A DNA stretch of 64,000 bases from an uncultured Collinsella sp. (lineage in GTDB: Bacteria > Actinomycetota > Coriobacteriia > Coriobacteriales > Coriobacteriaceae): the NCBI GenBank assembly GCA_900542325.1, contig UQMY01000004.1, positions 179 through 64,178 on the forward strand, written 5' to 3'. The position numbers and the translations under genes were made by a program. The notes beneath the pieces are model-generated. The model saw only the letters and a program-made list of their open reading frames with translations. It was not told the DNA's origin and did no database searches. This document shows positions 19,150-37,972 of this stretch, piece after piece (position 1 is the first letter of the stretch; every line of letters starts with the position of its first letter).

Positions 19150-19812
19150 TTAGATAGTTGATTGAGCACGGGTGCCGAGACGTTTGATGATGGCGTGCCA
19201 GATTGACGTGGGCACGGCGGGCTTGGCGAAAACCACGCCATCTGCTGTGACATCCCCGGTGTCGCCGCCGCCGAGTCGTTGGGCGTGCTCAACCGAGCAG
19301 CCCATGCGCACGGCGCCTACCAGCTTATCCATCGCTTCGGAAAACGGCCGTCGCAGAAGTCCCATGCGTGGGGAATGGTGAAGCGCCGCGATGCCGCTGC
19401 CGGCACAGATGACAACGCCGCCGCACCACGTTAGCCTACGGAGTTCGCAAGCTTGGCGCAGGCACTCGATATACCGGTGCGCCTCCTCGGTGCGCCCACA
19501 GGTGGCTTGAACGACGACATAGACGCGCGTTCCCGTATTGCCAAAGCGATCGAGTGCTTGTTGAGCGGCGGATGCCGCCTCATCGTTGGGCTTATCCGTA
19601 ATCGCGAGCACAATGCCATCGACGGCGGCATCGGCGTCATTCGCCTTCAAGTCGACCGGGCGGGGGAGCGCGGTGCCGGAAAGCCGGGCATAGGCCGCGA
19701 TGGCATCCTGCAGGTCCCAGAGCAAAAACTCAAGATCGGCGCTATTGGGAATACTGACGTATGCAATCTTCTGCAGTGTTTTGGGCTTATTGCCCTGCGG
19801 ATCTGTCTCCAT
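19150..19812 (-). CDS. Hypothetical protein, possibly with a flavodoxin-like fold.
   Basis: 220-aa ORF with coding-like composition and no recognisable motif. It is convergent with the glycosylase gene. Confidence 0.4.
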   Translation of the reverse strand: METDPQGNKPKTLQKIAYVSIPNSADLEFLLWDLQDAIAAYARLSGTALPRPVDLKANDADAAVDGIVLAITDKPNDEAASAAQQALDRFGNTGTRVYVVVQATCGRTEEAHRYIECLRQACELRRLTWCGGVVICAGSGIAALHHSPRMGLLRRPFSEAMDKLVGAVRMGCSVEHAQRLGGGDTGDVTADGVVFAKPAVPTSIWHAIIKRLGTRAQSTI

Positions 19813-19905
19813 GCCGCCTCCTTTCCGGTTCGTTTCCGTTTAGGTTACACCGTCTGGCGGCGCCTCGCCGCGCTATCCTAGTGCAACCCTTACGAAAGGA
19901 ACGCC

Positions 19906-21042
19906 ATGCGCCTGCCCATGAATACCTCGCTTGCCACGCTCAAGCCTTCCGGCATCCGCCGGATCAACGCGCTCGCCGCTCAGCACCCGGGGTGCATCGC
20001 GCTCGCGCTTGGCGAGCCCGATTTTCCCACGCCCGATGTGATTGGCGCCGAGGTGACTACCTCGCTGGTGCGCGGTGACACGCACTATCCGCCCAACAAC
20101 GGTCGCCCCGCCCTGCGCGAGGCGCTGTCTGCCTACATGGGCGACGCGGGTCTTACGTTTTCTGCCGACGAGGTCATCCTGACCGACGGCGCGACCGAGG
20201 CCCTGTCGGCAACGTTCATGGCTATGCTCAACCCTGGTGACGAGGTCATTATCCCCACACCGGCCTTTGGCCTGTACGAGAGCATCGTCGTGGCCAACCA
20301 CGCCAAAGCAGTCTTTTTGGATATAGAGCCCGCACAGTTTCAGATTGACGAGCACGCGCTTCGTTCCTGCGTGACGCCGGCGACCAAAGCCATCGTCATT
20401 TGCTCGCCCAACAATCCCACGGGCTGTATCCTCAACGCGGCTTCGCTCGACGCCGTGGCGCACGTGGCGGAGCGGACGGGCATCTACGTGGTCTGCGACG
20501 ACGTCTACAACCGCCTGGTCTATGTGGATGGCTACGAGCGCTTTGCCCAGCGTCACCCGGAGCTGCGTGAGCAGACGGTAGTCATCGAGAGCTTTTCCAA
20601 ACCCTGGGCCATGACCGGCTGGCGCTTGGGCTGGCTCGCAGCCGCAGCCCACGTCATCGCCGAGATCGCAAAAGCTCACCAATACTTAGTATCGAGTGCC
20701 GTCTCCTTCGAAATGGACGCCGCAGCCAGAGCCCTCACCGTCGACCCAACCCCCATGCTCGAAGTCTACCGAGCCCGCCGCGAGCGCGTACTCGCAGCCT
20801 TAGACGCCATGGGCCTCGACGCAGTAGAACCAGCAGGAGCCTTCTACGCCTTCCCCAGCATCAAACAGTACGGCCTAACAAGCGAAGATTTCTGCATCAA
20901 AGCCATCAAAGAAGCAAACGTAGCCCTAGTCCCAGGCGACTGTTTCGGCTGCGAAGGCCACATTCGCCTAAGCTACTGCGTCTCCGACAAAGACCTAGAC
21001 GAAGGCCTCAATCGCCTGTCCACCTTCATTTCAACCTTATAG
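19906..21042 (+). CDS. Pyridoxal phosphate-dependent aminotransferase, class I/II.
   Basis: The N-terminus (...LKPSGIRRINALA...LALGEPDFPTP) and the SFSKPWAMTGWRLGW Lys-containing motif are present. Confidence 0.85.
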   Translation: MRLPMNTSLATLKPSGIRRINALAAQHPGCIALALGEPDFPTPDVIGAEVTTSLVRGDTHYPPNNGRPALREALSAYMGDAGLTFSADEVILTDGATEALSATFMAMLNPGDEVIIPTPAFGLYESIVVANHAKAVFLDIEPAQFQIDEHALRSCVTPATKAIVICSPNNPTGCILNAASLDAVAHVAERTGIYVVCDDVYNRLVYVDGYERFAQRHPELREQTVVIESFSKPWAMTGWRLGWLAAAAHVIAEIAKAHQYLVSSAVSFEMDAAARALTVDPTPMLEVYRARRERVLAALDAMGLDAVEPAGAFYAFPSIKQYGLTSEDFCIKAIKEANVALVPGDCFGCEGHIRLSYCVSDKDLDEGLNRLSTFISTL

Positions 21043-21135
21043 CCCAACGGGACTCAACACATCAGTCCACCGACATAAGGGTTATGCGTGGGGCGCGCCG
21101 GCCAACGGCAACCCTGGCTGCCCCAAAGTCAACAC

Positions 21136-21269
21136 AGGTCGCGCCGCCAAAGGCCAGGCGCAAGCTTTTCGTAGATTCCGCACGAGCCGAAGAGCACTAA
21201 ATGTGCTCTTCGTGCGAGCCCAGGACCTGACCGAGCGAAAAGCTTGCGCCTGGCCTTTGGCGGCGCGAC
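21136..21269 (+). repeat. Family 1 nested-hairpin element, copy A, upstream of rplJ.
   Basis: A 35-bp perfect outer inverted repeat (21136-21170 and 21235-21269) encloses the core. The core holds the conserved TTCCGCACGAGCC, a 9-bp inner hairpin GAAGAGCAC-TAAAT-GTGCTCTTC, and GTGCGAGCCCAGGAC. Confidence 0.8.
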
Positions 21270-21549
21270 CGAGATGGTGGAATTGTGTGCAGCCAGGGTT
21301 GCCGTTGACCGACGCCGGGGTCCCCGCCATAATACTTTCGGTTCACGCACGAATCCGCTGCCAGAGACAGCCGGTGCAAACGGGCATCGCCCGCGAGCTT
21401 AATGGGATATCCCGCCAGCCGAGGTGGTCGAGTAGATATGTCTTCTCGCCCCCGTCGCTCATGCAGCGCGGGGGCTTTCTTTTTGGACATGCCCCCGTCA
21501 CGTCCTTGTGGCGGACCGTGCCCGGAAAGAATTCGAGGAGGTGTAATTT

Positions 21550-22071
21550 ATGCCCCAGCAGTACAAAATCGACAAGGTTGCAGAGATCGAGTCCCGTATC
21601 GCCGAGAACGCCGGTCTGTTCGTCGTCAACTACAACGGTCTGACGGTTAAGCAGGCTCAGGAGCTGCGTCATCAGCTTCGCGAGTGCGGCGCCGAGATGA
21701 AGGTCTACAAGAACAACCTGGTCAAGATCGCTCTCAAGAACCAGGAGCAGCCCGAGATCGACGAGATCCTCGCCGGCCCCGTCGCTTATGTGTTCTACGA
21801 GACCGAGCCGGTCGAGGCCGCTAAGGCCCTTAAGGACTTCTCCGCTAAGTCCAAGGGCGTCCTTGAGATCAAGGGCGGTATCTCCGACGGCAAGGCCGTT
21901 TCCGCTGATGATGTTAAGGCTATCGCCGAGCTGCCCACCAAGGATCAGCTTCTCGGTCAGATCGCCGGTCTCATCTCCGGTTTCGCTCGCGACATTGCTG
22001 TCTGCGTCAACGGCGTTTCCTCTGGTCTCGCTCGTTCGATCCAGCAGGTCTCCGAGCAGAAGGCAGCCTAG
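21550..22071 (+). CDS. rplJ: 50S ribosomal protein L10.
   Basis: Typical L10 sequence with a GAGGAGG RBS. Confidence 0.95.
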   Translation: MPQQYKIDKVAEIESRIAENAGLFVVNYNGLTVKQAQELRHQLRECGAEMKVYKNNLVKIALKNQEQPEIDEILAGPVAYVFYETEPVEAAKALKDFSAKSKGVLEIKGGISDGKAVSADDVKAIAELPTKDQLLGQIAGLISGFARDIAVCVNGVSSGLARSIQQVSEQKAA

Positions 22072-22173
22072 TCGCTGTTTTCACCCGCGGCGGCAACGCC
22101 GCACCCCTGGCGCATTCGCGCCGTGTTTTAACTGATCTCCGTGCACAGACACGGAAACCGAAAGGACTTAGAA

Positions 22174-22551
22174 ATGGCTAAGCTTACCACCGATGAGATC
22201 ATCGATGCTCTTAAGGAAATGACCCTTCTCGAGGCTTCCGAGCTCGTCAAGGCTATCGAGGACACCTTCGGCGTTTCCGCCGCTGCTCCTGCCGCTGTTG
22301 TCGCCGCTCCCGCTGCTGGCGCTGCTGAGGCCGAGGAGAAGACCGAGTTTGACGTCGTGCTCGAGGGCTTCGGCGACAACAAGATCCAGGTCATCAAGGC
22401 CGTCCGTGAGCTCACCAACCTTGGCCTGAAGGAGGCCAAGGAGGTCGTCGAGGGCGCTCCCAAGGCTGTTCTCGAGGGTGCCAAGAAGGAGGACGCCGAG
22501 GCTGCCAAGGAGAAGCTCGAGGCTGCTGGCGCTGCTGTCACCCTCAAGTAA
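22174..22551 (+). CDS. rplL: 50S ribosomal protein L7/L12.
   Basis: [34 protein letters not shown], then an Ala-rich hinge and a conserved C-terminal domain. The start is moved from the ORF-track 22141 to 22174. Confidence 0.95.
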   Translation: MAKLTTDEIIDALKEMTLLEASELVKAIEDTFGVSAAAPAAVVAAPAAGAAEAEEKTEFDVVLEGFGDNKIQVIKAVRELTNLGLKEAKEVVEGAPKAVLEGAKKEDAEAAKEKLEAAGAAVTLK

Positions 22552-22578
22552 TCAGGCTTTCTCGCCAGATTTCTTTGC

Positions 22579-22619
22579 AGACGGGGTTCGCATTGCGAGC
22601 CCCGTCTTTTTTGTTTTTT
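22579..22619 (+). terminator. Rho-independent terminator after rplL.
   Basis: GACGGGGTTCG-CATTG-CGAGCCCCGTC followed by TTTTTTGTTTTTT. Confidence 0.85.
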
Positions 22620-22865
22620 GGCCCCTCGGCATCGGTTGCTCAAACTGCCATGTTCTGTGATTTGCGTCGTATCGGGTGCCCTGTCGTTGGGCAATAAAAT
22701 TGCACCATTCGAGCAATAATTTGCGTTGACCTGCTGAAGAATTGTCTCTGCCTTGTAGCGACATATAGTTCCAGCGGTAAGATGCTTGGGTATCGCAATT
22801 TGGTCTGCGGCTGTGCGCCGCACGCACGGGGCGCTTTTGCGCCTGCGAAAGGATCTTTGAATAAC

Positions 22866-23774
22866 ATGAAGGCAATCATCCCCGCCGCCGGTCTTGGCAC
22901 GCGTTTTCTGCCTGGCACCAAGTGCACGCCCAAAGAAATGCTACCGGTGCTCGACAAGCCGGTCATCCAGTATGTCGTCGAGGAGGCACTCGACCCCGAG
23001 GAGGTCGACGACGCCATCATCGTTACCTCGCCCGGCAAGCCCGAGCTGCTGAACTACTTCCAGCCCGACCGTTCGCTCGAGAACCTGTTGCGCGAGCGCG
23101 GCAAGAACGCCTATGCCGATGCCGTCGCCCACGCTGGCGGTATGCCGGTCGACTTCCGTTATCAGTACGAGCCCAAGGGCCTCGGCCATGCTATTCGCTC
23201 TGCTGCCGACGCCGTGGCAGGGGAGAACTTCCTGGTTCTTCTGGGCGACTACGTTGTACCTAACCGCGACATCTGCGACAAGATGCTCGCCGTTTCCAAG
23301 GAGCACGGTGGCGCTTCGGTTATCGCCGTCGCTGCTTGCTCGCCCGAGGAAGTCAGCCGCTACGGTGTTATCGCCGGCGAGCGCGTCGGTTCGCTCGAGG
23401 GCGCCGAGGACGTTGCCGATGCCGAGCCGGGCGCTGTCTGGCGTATCGGCGGTCTGGTTGAGAAGCCCGCTCCCGAGGCTGCTCCGTCCAACCTGTACAT
23501 CGTCGGTCGCTACCTGCTGAGCCCGCTGGTCATGGACTTGCTGGCAGATCAGCAGGCCGGCAAGGGCGGCGAGATCCAGCTCACCGACGCCATGGCCCGT
23601 TCGCTCGACCGCGAGGCCATGTATGCCGTCGTCATCGACCCGCTGTCGGGCTACGACACCGGCACTCCCTCTGGTTGGATGGCCACCAACGCCCTCATGG
23701 CTGCAAGCGACCCCCGCTTTGCCGATGCCTTCTGGGATGCCATCGACGAGCGCGGCGGATTGATGCGCAAGTAA
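22866..23774 (+). CDS. galU: UTP--glucose-1-phosphate uridylyltransferase.
   Basis: MKAIIPAAGLGTRFLPGTKCTPKEMLPVLDKPVIQYVVEEA, with a GAAAGGA RBS. Confidence 0.85.
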   Translation: MKAIIPAAGLGTRFLPGTKCTPKEMLPVLDKPVIQYVVEEALDPEEVDDAIIVTSPGKPELLNYFQPDRSLENLLRERGKNAYADAVAHAGGMPVDFRYQYEPKGLGHAIRSAADAVAGENFLVLLGDYVVPNRDICDKMLAVSKEHGGASVIAVAACSPEEVSRYGVIAGERVGSLEGAEDVADAEPGAVWRIGGLVEKPAPEAAPSNLYIVGRYLLSPLVMDLLADQQAGKGGEIQLTDAMARSLDREAMYAVVIDPLSGYDTGTPSGWMATNALMAASDPRFADAFWDAIDERGGLMRK

Positions 23775-23795
23775 GCCTTCGGGCATCGACATTTA

Positions 23796-23828
23796 CGGGC
23801 GCGGACTTCGGTTCGTGCCCGTTTTTTA
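23796..23828 (+). terminator. Rho-independent terminator after galU.
   Basis: CGGGCGCGGACTTCGGTTCGTGCCCG followed by TTTTTTA. Confidence 0.7.
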
Positions 23829-24061
23829 TAAGAGCTGCGATTGCCGGCCCTCTGTTCACAGAAAATATATGAACAGATGTTCGATATACATACATCTACC
23901 TGCGTGTTTTCTGTCGAAAAACTTTGCTACTCCAAAAACTCAATCGCGTCAAGGCTTTTCTTGCCCAACGGTCGGTACCTGATAAACTATTAGGTTGCGA
24001 TAACTGGCGAAGCTATGCCTCGCCAACCCACCGAGCATTTCCGTGAAGGAGGAAAAACCTG

Positions 24062-27553
<3,492 letters not shown>

Positions 27554-27559
27554 TTGACT

Positions 27560-32035
<4,476 letters not shown>

Positions 32036-32230
32036 TTAGTTCCGCCGTTCTAACGAACGGCGGCGACCTCCGTCGCTGCGCGGCCCCCAGAGCTACAATC
32101 TGTCATTCAAAAGGCAGGGCATGACCAAAAGGTCAATGCCCTGCCTTTTTCATGCCACCTTGTACGCTCTGGGGGCCGCTCGCTTGCGTATGCTCAACCT
32201 GTTGCGTTCCGTTGATCCCTTGCCAAAAAG
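32036..32230 (+). ncRNA. Family 2 structured intergenic module, copy 2. It lies immediately after the rpoC stop and upstream of the ECF sigma factor gene.
   Basis: Hairpin 1 is CCGCCGTTC-TAAC-GAACGGCGG. A long-range helix GGCCCCCAGAGC / GCTCTGGGGGCC (12 bp) encloses hairpin AGGCAGGGCATGACCAAAAGGTCAATGCCCTGCCT followed by TTTTT. All three helices covary with copy 1. Confidence 0.5.
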
Positions 32231-32342
32231 GGACAGGTTTATTTGGTCGGTTTTTCATGCTTGAATTTGAAACATTTCGCCCGACAAGAGCGTATCTATG
32301 GTGAGGGCCTCATCGAGAACCATTAATGTCACCGGGAGGTGA

Positions 32343-32863
32343 TTATGGAAGAACAAGCTTTTAGACAGGCGGTCGAAGACCACCGGGATGTCGTGTTTCG
32401 AATCGCTTTGACGTACCTGCGCGATCGCGCCGACGCCGACGATGTCGCTCAAGACGTCTTTCTAAAGTTACTCAAAAGCGATACGCATTTTGAAAGCTGG
32501 GAGCATCTTCGCCGATGGCTTATCCGGGTCACGATCAATGAATGCAAATCGCTCTTTCGAAAGCCATGGAGGCGTGTGGAGGATATTGAGAACCTGGCCG
32601 ATTCGCTTTCGACGGCGCAGGATGAGACTAGGGCCGTCCTATTAGACGTCATGCGGCTTCCGGAACGATTCCGTATCCCCATCGTGCTCTATTACTATCT
32701 GGGCTTTTCGACCTCAGAGATTGCCGAGTTATTGCATGTGCCAGCCGCGACCGTTCGAACGCGTTTAGCTCGCGGTAGATCGAAGCTCAAGTTCATCCTA
32801 GAGGAGGGCGACCGTGAAATCCAACCAGATCAAGCAGGCCTTCGAGTCCGTCCAAGCCGATAG
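32343..32863 (+). CDS. RNA polymerase sigma-70 factor, ECF subfamily.
   Basis: Sigma region 2 (...VAQDVFLKLLKSDTHFE...WLIRVTINECKS...) and region 4 (...LPERFRIPIVLYYYLGFSTSEIAELLHVPAATVRTRLARGRSKL) are both present. Confidence 0.85.
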
Positions 32864-33890
32864 CGATCTTGCTGACCGTGTTCTTTATGCCGCTGCTGGC
32901 GAGCCGCTTCACCGAAAGGGTCACGCGAAGCCTCTGTATGTTGCCGTAATCGGATGTCTTGCCGGAGTGCTGGCGACCGGAGGGGTCGCCTACGCTGTTG
33001 TCAATTCCAGTTATTTTGCCTCTGCCTGGGGAAACCATGGCAACGGAGAGTCCGTTACCTGGACAAATGGCGGCTCGTCGGGGACGAAATATACCTACAC
33101 CAGAGAGTTTGGTGATGGTATCGCGCCCCAAAGCCTGGAGGGTGCAGTCCAGAAGGTCAATCTGTCCGTCGAGGGCAACGGCTATACACTCGACATTCAT
33201 GATATGGCTATCGACCAAAACGGCTGCGGTGCTGTGACGTTTACGCTGTCCAATCCAAATGGTGTTAACTACTACAAGCCGGCAGCAGAGACAGGCGAAC
33301 TTGTTCTCTATGGTGAAGAAGAACAAGGCATCGGTACACCCAGCATGAACTTCGGCGAGGAATGGGCTGATACACGCTGCACCATTGATAAGGACACATC
33401 AAGCGATACTGTCATTAATGGCACGATGTACTTTGCTTCTATGGATCGCGAGCGAGGTTTTCAACATGCGGTCACCTGGAATATCTCGTGGACCGAGGGC
33501 GAAGGAGAGGATGCGAAGCCGTTCGAGGCATCGACGCCCGAGTTTAGCGTTGGAGCGTACGTCGATACTAAGGAACTCCGCTCCGATGACTCGCCTCTCG
33601 AGATCAGCCCGTTTTCCATCCAGACGCACATCGATGATCTGGGCATTGACGCAGTCACGAAGAAGTTGACGGTTACCTACAAGGATGGATCGGAGCAGAT
33701 TATCGAAGATGACGACGCAGGGGCGTTCAACTTATATTTTTCTTATACGCGCAATAGCGGAGAGAACATCTGGGTGCCAACGAAGTTGATTGATGTCGAC
33801 CAAGTGGTCTCAGTAACGCTTGAGGGCACACGCTGCACTTCAACAGGGGGCGCCGAAACGTCGGAACCCTTTACCATCGTCTATTCGTAA
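32814..33890 (+). CDS. Putative anti-sigma factor: a single-pass membrane protein with an approximately 290-aa extracytoplasmic domain.
   Basis: The gene overlaps the 3' end of the ECF sigma gene, with GTG after GAGGAGGG. It encodes a short N-terminal cytoplasmic segment, one TM (LYVAVIGCLAGVLATGGVAYAVV), then a large extracellular domain. Confidence 0.55.
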   Translation: MKSNQIKQAFESVQADSDLADRVLYAAAGEPLHRKGHAKPLYVAVIGCLAGVLATGGVAYAVVNSSYFASAWGNHGNGESVTWTNGGSSGTKYTYTREFGDGIAPQSLEGAVQKVNLSVEGNGYTLDIHDMAIDQNGCGAVTFTLSNPNGVNYYKPAAETGELVLYGEEEQGIGTPSMNFGEEWADTRCTIDKDTSSDTVINGTMYFASMDRERGFQHAVTWNISWTEGEGEDAKPFEASTPEFSVGAYVDTKELRSDDSPLEISPFSIQTHIDDLGIDAVTKKLTVTYKDGSEQIIEDDDAGAFNLYFSYTRNSGENIWVPTKLIDVDQVVSVTLEGTRCTSTGGAETSEPFTIVYS

Positions 33891-33894
33891 GATT

Positions 33895-33930
33895 TGGGGC
33901 CGCTTCCTATTAGGGAAGGCGGCCCATTTT
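33895..33930 (+). terminator. Rho-independent terminator after the anti-sigma gene.
   Basis: GGGGCCGCTTCC-TATTAGG-GAAGGCGGCCC followed by ATTTTG. Confidence 0.7.
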
Positions 33931-34097
33931 GCATTAAATGGACGGTTAGACCGAGCGATATACTTCCGAAGACGCCGCCGATTTCCATGCGACAGATGAG
34001 AGCAGATCAACGCTGGAGTGCGACGTTTCCCCAGATAAAACCGACCATAATAAACCTGTCCCTATTTGGAAGGGAACGTTGCCCCAACGAGCACGTC

Positions 34098-34236
34098 GGA
34101 TTCCCGGGCCGGGCGGCACAGGGGTTAAGTTTGTCGCGAGTTCCGCACGAGCCGGAGGCCACTTAATGTGGCCTCCGTGCGAGCCAGGACTGTAGAGCAG
34201 CAAACTTAAAACCTGGGCCGCCCGGTCCGGGGATCC
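34098..34236 (+). repeat. Family 1 nested-hairpin element, copy B, upstream of rpsL.
   Basis: The outer stem is 36 bp (31 of 36 paired, including 2 G-U pairs that are valid only for plus-strand RNA). The core is TCGCGAGTTCCGCACGAGCC, inner hairpin GGAGGCCAC-TTAAT-GTGGCCTCC, and GTGCGAGCCAGGACTGTAGAGCAG. Confidence 0.8.
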
Positions 34237-34442
34237 TCCCAAGCGCACAGGAGGGGATTCCTTTTGTGTAGGCTTTGCGGAAATGTGCCGATTTTAGGAT
34301 ACGCCCGGCGGCGTGGTCTGTTGACGGCACAGCTAACGCCACGTATCCTATCGAACTGCGTGTTTCGTAGGGGGATGCTGACCCCTCGATTCAAGCCGTT
34401 GCACTTTACAGAAAGCTGGAATCATTCGAGAAGGAGTACGCT

Positions 34443-34820
34443 TTGCCTACTATTAACCAGCTGGTTCGCCAGGGCCGTCGTTCCGTGCCCAAGAAGTCCA
34501 AGAACGCTGCTCTGCAGCACAACTCCCAGAAGCGCGGCGTGTGCACCCGCGTCTTCACCACGAGCCCCAAGAAGCCGAACTCGGCTCTTCGTAAGGTTGC
34601 CCGTGTTCGCCTTGTCAACGGCATCGAAGTTACTGCTTACATCCCGGGTGAGGGCCACAACCTGCAGGAGCACTCCATCGTGCTCGTCCGCGGCGGTCGT
34701 GTCCGTGACCTCCCTGGTGTCCGTTATCACGTCATCCGTGGCGCCTACGACGCTGCTCCGGTCCAGAACCGTATGCAGGCCCGTTCCAAGTACGGTGCTA
34801 AGCGCCCCAAGGCTAAATAA
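34443..34820 (+). CDS. rpsL: 30S ribosomal protein S12.
   Basis: (M)[12 protein letters not shown]...[16 protein letters not shown]..., with a non-ATG (TTG) start. Confidence 0.95.
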   Translation: MPTINQLVRQGRRSVPKKSKNAALQHNSQKRGVCTRVFTTSPKKPNSALRKVARVRLVNGIEVTAYIPGEGHNLQEHSIVLVRGGRVRDLPGVRYHVIRGAYDAAPVQNRMQARSKYGAKRPKAK

Positions 34821-34893
34821 GCCAGATAACGTTTTGATACTTTCGCCGTGTGCCGCCTAAGCGCCGCACGGTAGACACTTAAGGAGATTTCAC

Positions 34894-35367
34894 ATGCCGC
34901 GTCGTGCAGCAGCTAATCGTCGTGAGGTTCAGCCTGACGCCGTTTACAACAACCGCCTGGTGACTCAGCTCATCAACAAGGTCCTTCTTGACGGCAAGAA
35001 GGCCACCGCTGAGCGCATCGTTTACACCGCTTTCGAGATCGTTGCCGAGAAGTCCGAGGGTGGCGACGCTCTCGCTACCTTCAAGAAGGCTATGGACAAC
35101 GTCAAGCCCACGCTCGAGGTTAAGCCCAAGCGTGTCGGTGGCGCTACCTATCAGGTCCCGATGGAGGTCAACTCCCGTCGTTCCACCGCTCTGGGTATCC
35201 GCTGGATCGTCAACTTCTCCCGCGCTCGCAAGGAGAAGACCATGGCCGAGCGTCTCGCCAATGAGATCCTCGACGCTTCCAACGGCCTGGGCGCTTCCGT
35301 CAAGAAGCGTGAGGACGTCTTCAAGATGGCCGAGGCCAACCGCGCGTTCTCTCACTATCGTTGGTAA
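34894..35367 (+). CDS. rpsG: 30S ribosomal protein S7.
   Basis: [29 protein letters not shown]... Confidence 0.95.
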   Translation: MPRRAAANRREVQPDAVYNNRLVTQLINKVLLDGKKATAERIVYTAFEIVAEKSEGGDALATFKKAMDNVKPTLEVKPKRVGGATYQVPMEVNSRRSTALGIRWIVNFSRARKEKTMAERLANEILDASNGLGASVKKREDVFKMAEANRAFSHYRW

Positions 35368-35386
35368 GTTAAGGTAAGGAACTAAC

Positions 35387-37486
35387 ATGGCTAAGCCTAA
35401 GTACAAGCTTTCCGATACCCGTAACATCGGCATCATGGCCCACATCGATGCCGGTAAGACCACCACGACCGAGCGTATTCTTTACTACACCGGTAAGACC
35501 CACAAGATCGGTGAGGTTCATGAGGGCGCTGCCACCATGGACTGGATGGTTCAGGAGCAGGAGCGCGGCGTAACCATTACCTCCGCTGCTACCACGTGCT
35601 TCTGGAACAAGGACGGTAAGGACTACCGCATCCAGATCATCGACACCCCGGGCCACGTTGACTTCACCGCCGAGGTCGAGCGCTGCCTGCGCGTCCTCGA
35701 TGGCGCTGTCGCCGTCTTCGACGCCGTTGCCGGCGTCCAGCCCCAGTCTGAGACCGTTTGGCGTCAGGCTTCTACCTTCAACGTCCCCCGCATCGCCTTC
35801 ATCAACAAGTATGACCGCGTGGGCGCTGACTTCTTCAACGCTATCGAGACCATGAAGGATCGTCTCGACGCTAACGCCGTGGCCGCTCAGGTCCCGATGG
35901 GCGCCGAGGACAACTTCTGGGGCGTCATCGACCTGGTCACCATGACCGCATGGGACTTCAAGGCCGACGAGAAGGGTATGACCTACCCCGAGCCGATGGA
36001 CGAGATCCCGGCTGAGTTTGCCGACATCGCTGCCACCAAGCGCGAGGAGCTCCTTGACGCTGCTGCCAGCTTTGACGACGAGCTCATGGAGAAGATCCTC
36101 ATGGAGGAGGACTTCACCGTCGAGGAGCTCAAGGCTGCTCTGCGCAAGGGCGTTCTGGCCAACGAGCTCAACCTCGTCTTCGTGGGTTCCGCCTACAAGA
36201 ACAAGGGCGTTCAGGAGCTGCTCGACGCTGTCGTCGACTACCTGCCCAGCCCGCTCGACGTTGAGGCCGTCACCGGTACCGATCCGGACACCGGCGAGGA
36301 GATTCAGCGTCATCCTTCCTTCGACGAGCCCTTCTCCGGCCTGGTCTTCAAGATCATGACCGACCCGTTCGTCGGTAAGCTCACCTACGTCCGCGTTTAC
36401 TCCGGCCGCGCCGAGTCCGGCTCCTACGTTGTCAACGCTTCCAACGGTCAGCGCGAGCGCCTCGGCCGCATCCTCGAGATGAACGCCGCCGAGCGTATCG
36501 ACCGTGACGACGCTGCCGCCGGCGACATCGTCGCTTGCGTCGGCTTCAAGAACTCCACCACCGGTGACACCCTTTGCGCCGAGGGCAAGGAGATCGTCCT
36601 CGAGAAGATCGAGTTCGCTAAGCCCGTTATTGACGTTGCCATCGAGCCCAAGACCAAGGCCGAGCAGGACAAGATGTCCCTGGCTCTGACCAAGCTCGCC
36701 GAGGAGGACCCGACCTTCCAGGTGTCCACCAACCACGAGACCGGCCAGACCATCATCGCCGGCATGGGCGAGCTGCACCTCGAGATCATCGTCGACCGTC
36801 TGCTCCGCGAGTTCAAGGTTGACGCTAACGTCGGTAAGCCCCAGGTTGCCTACCGCGAGACCGCCGGTCACGACGTCGAGAAGGCTGAGGGCAAGTTCGT
36901 CCGTCAGTCCGGCGGTCGCGGTCAGTACGGCCACGCCGTCATCAAGCTCGAGAAGATGGAGGAGGGCTTCGGCTACGAGTTCGTCAACGCTATCGTCGGC
37001 GGCGTCGTGCCCAAGGAGTACATCCCGTCCATCGACAAGGGCATCCAGGAGGCCCTGAACACCGGTGTTATCGCCGGCTTCCCGGTCCTCGACGTTAAGG
37101 TCACCCTGTTCGACGGTTCTTACCACGAGGTCGACTCCTCCGAGGCCGCCTTTAAGATCGCCGGTTCCATGGCTATCAAGGACGCCCTCAAGAAGTCCGA
37201 TCCGCAGCTGCTCGAGCCGATCATGGCTGTCGAGGTCGAGACCCCCGAGCAGTACATGGGCGACGTTATGGGCAACCTCTCCGGTCGCCGCGGCAAGATC
37301 GAGGGCATGGAGGATCGCAAGAACAGCAAGCTCATCCGTGCCAAGGTGCCGCTGGGCGAGATGTTCGGTTACGCTACCGACCTTCGCTCCCAGACCCAGG
37401 GCCGTGCATCCTACACGATGCAGTTCGACTCTTATGAGCCCGCGCCCAAGTCCATCGTGGACGAGGTCATGAGCAAGAACGCCTAA
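35387..37486 (+). CDS. fusA: Elongation factor G.
   Basis: G-domain motifs AHIDAGKTT and DTPGHVDF are present across 699 aa. Confidence 0.97.
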   Translation: MAKPKYKLSDTRNIGIMAHIDAGKTTTTERILYYTGKTHKIGEVHEGAATMDWMVQEQERGVTITSAATTCFWNKDGKDYRIQIIDTPGHVDFTAEVERCLRVLDGAVAVFDAVAGVQPQSETVWRQASTFNVPRIAFINKYDRVGADFFNAIETMKDRLDANAVAAQVPMGAEDNFWGVIDLVTMTAWDFKADEKGMTYPEPMDEIPAEFADIAATKREELLDAAASFDDELMEKILMEEDFTVEELKAALRKGVLANELNLVFVGSAYKNKGVQELLDAVVDYLPSPLDVEAVTGTDPDTGEEIQRHPSFDEPFSGLVFKIMTDPFVGKLTYVRVYSGRAESGSYVVNASNGQRERLGRILEMNAAERIDRDDAAAGDIVACVGFKNSTTGDTLCAEGKEIVLEKIEFAKPVIDVAIEPKTKAEQDKMSLALTKLAEEDPTFQVSTNHETGQTIIAGMGELHLEIIVDRLLREFKVDANVGKPQVAYRETAGHDVEKAEGKFVRQSGGRGQYGHAVIKLEKMEEGFGYEFVNAIVGGVVPKEYIPSIDKGIQEALNTGVIAGFPVLDVKVTLFDGSYHEVDSSEAAFKIAGSMAIKDALKKSDPQLLEPIMAVEVETPEQYMGDVMGNLSGRRGKIEGMEDRKNSKLIRAKVPLGEMFGYATDLRSQTQGRASYTMQFDSYEPAPKSIVDEVMSKNA

Positions 37487-37547
37487 GTTCGAGCTCCCTG
37501 TTACGTAATCCTGCGAGAACATCTCTCGCACTCTTTGGAGGTTTAAG

Positions 37548-37856
37548 TTGGCTACCCAGAAGATCCGCATTCGCCTCAAGGGCTATGATCACGAGGTCGT
37601 CGATCAGTCCGCGAAGCTCATCGTCGAGACCGCTCAGAAGACCGGCGCTCGCGTTTCCGGTCCTGTCCCCCTGCCCACCGAGCGCAACCTGTACACGGTT
37701 ATCCGCTCGCCGCACGTGAACAAGGACTCCCGTGAGCAGTTCGAGATGCGCACCCACAAGCGCCTCATCGACATCCTCGACCCCACCTCGGGCACCGTTG
37801 ATTCGCTTATGCGTCTCGACCTCCCCGCTGGCGTCGACATCGACATCAAGCTCTAA
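37548..37856 (+). CDS. rpsJ: 30S ribosomal protein S10.
   Basis: (M)[20 protein letters not shown]... Confidence 0.95.
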   Translation: MATQKIRIRLKGYDHEVVDQSAKLIVETAQKTGARVSGPVPLPTERNLYTVIRSPHVNKDSREQFEMRTHKRLIDILDPTSGTVDSLMRLDLPAGVDIDIKL

Positions 37857-37878
37857 GCGATATCGCTCATAGCTTAAA

Positions 37879-37918
37879 GGGCCCCGCTGCCGTTACGGTA
37901 GCGGGGCCCTTTTGTTTT
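37879..37918. terminator. Bidirectional rho-independent terminator after rpsJ (plus strand) and birA (minus strand).
   Basis: GGGCCCCGCTGCCGTTACGGTAGCGGGGCCC followed by TTTTGTTTT. Confidence 0.85.
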
Positions 37919-37972
37919 GCATGATGGGTTTGGATCGCCGGGTAAGGCTGCCGAGCGGCTGGCTGTGGCGAC

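Noticed and set aside
33894-34394. Small ORFs (33894-34166 plus strand, 33946-34248 minus strand, 34206-34394 minus strand) in the spacer between the anti-sigma gene and rpsL.
   Set aside because: They overlap family 1 copy B and its long stems. There is no RBS or conserved protein features. The region is better explained as structured non-coding DNA or RNA.
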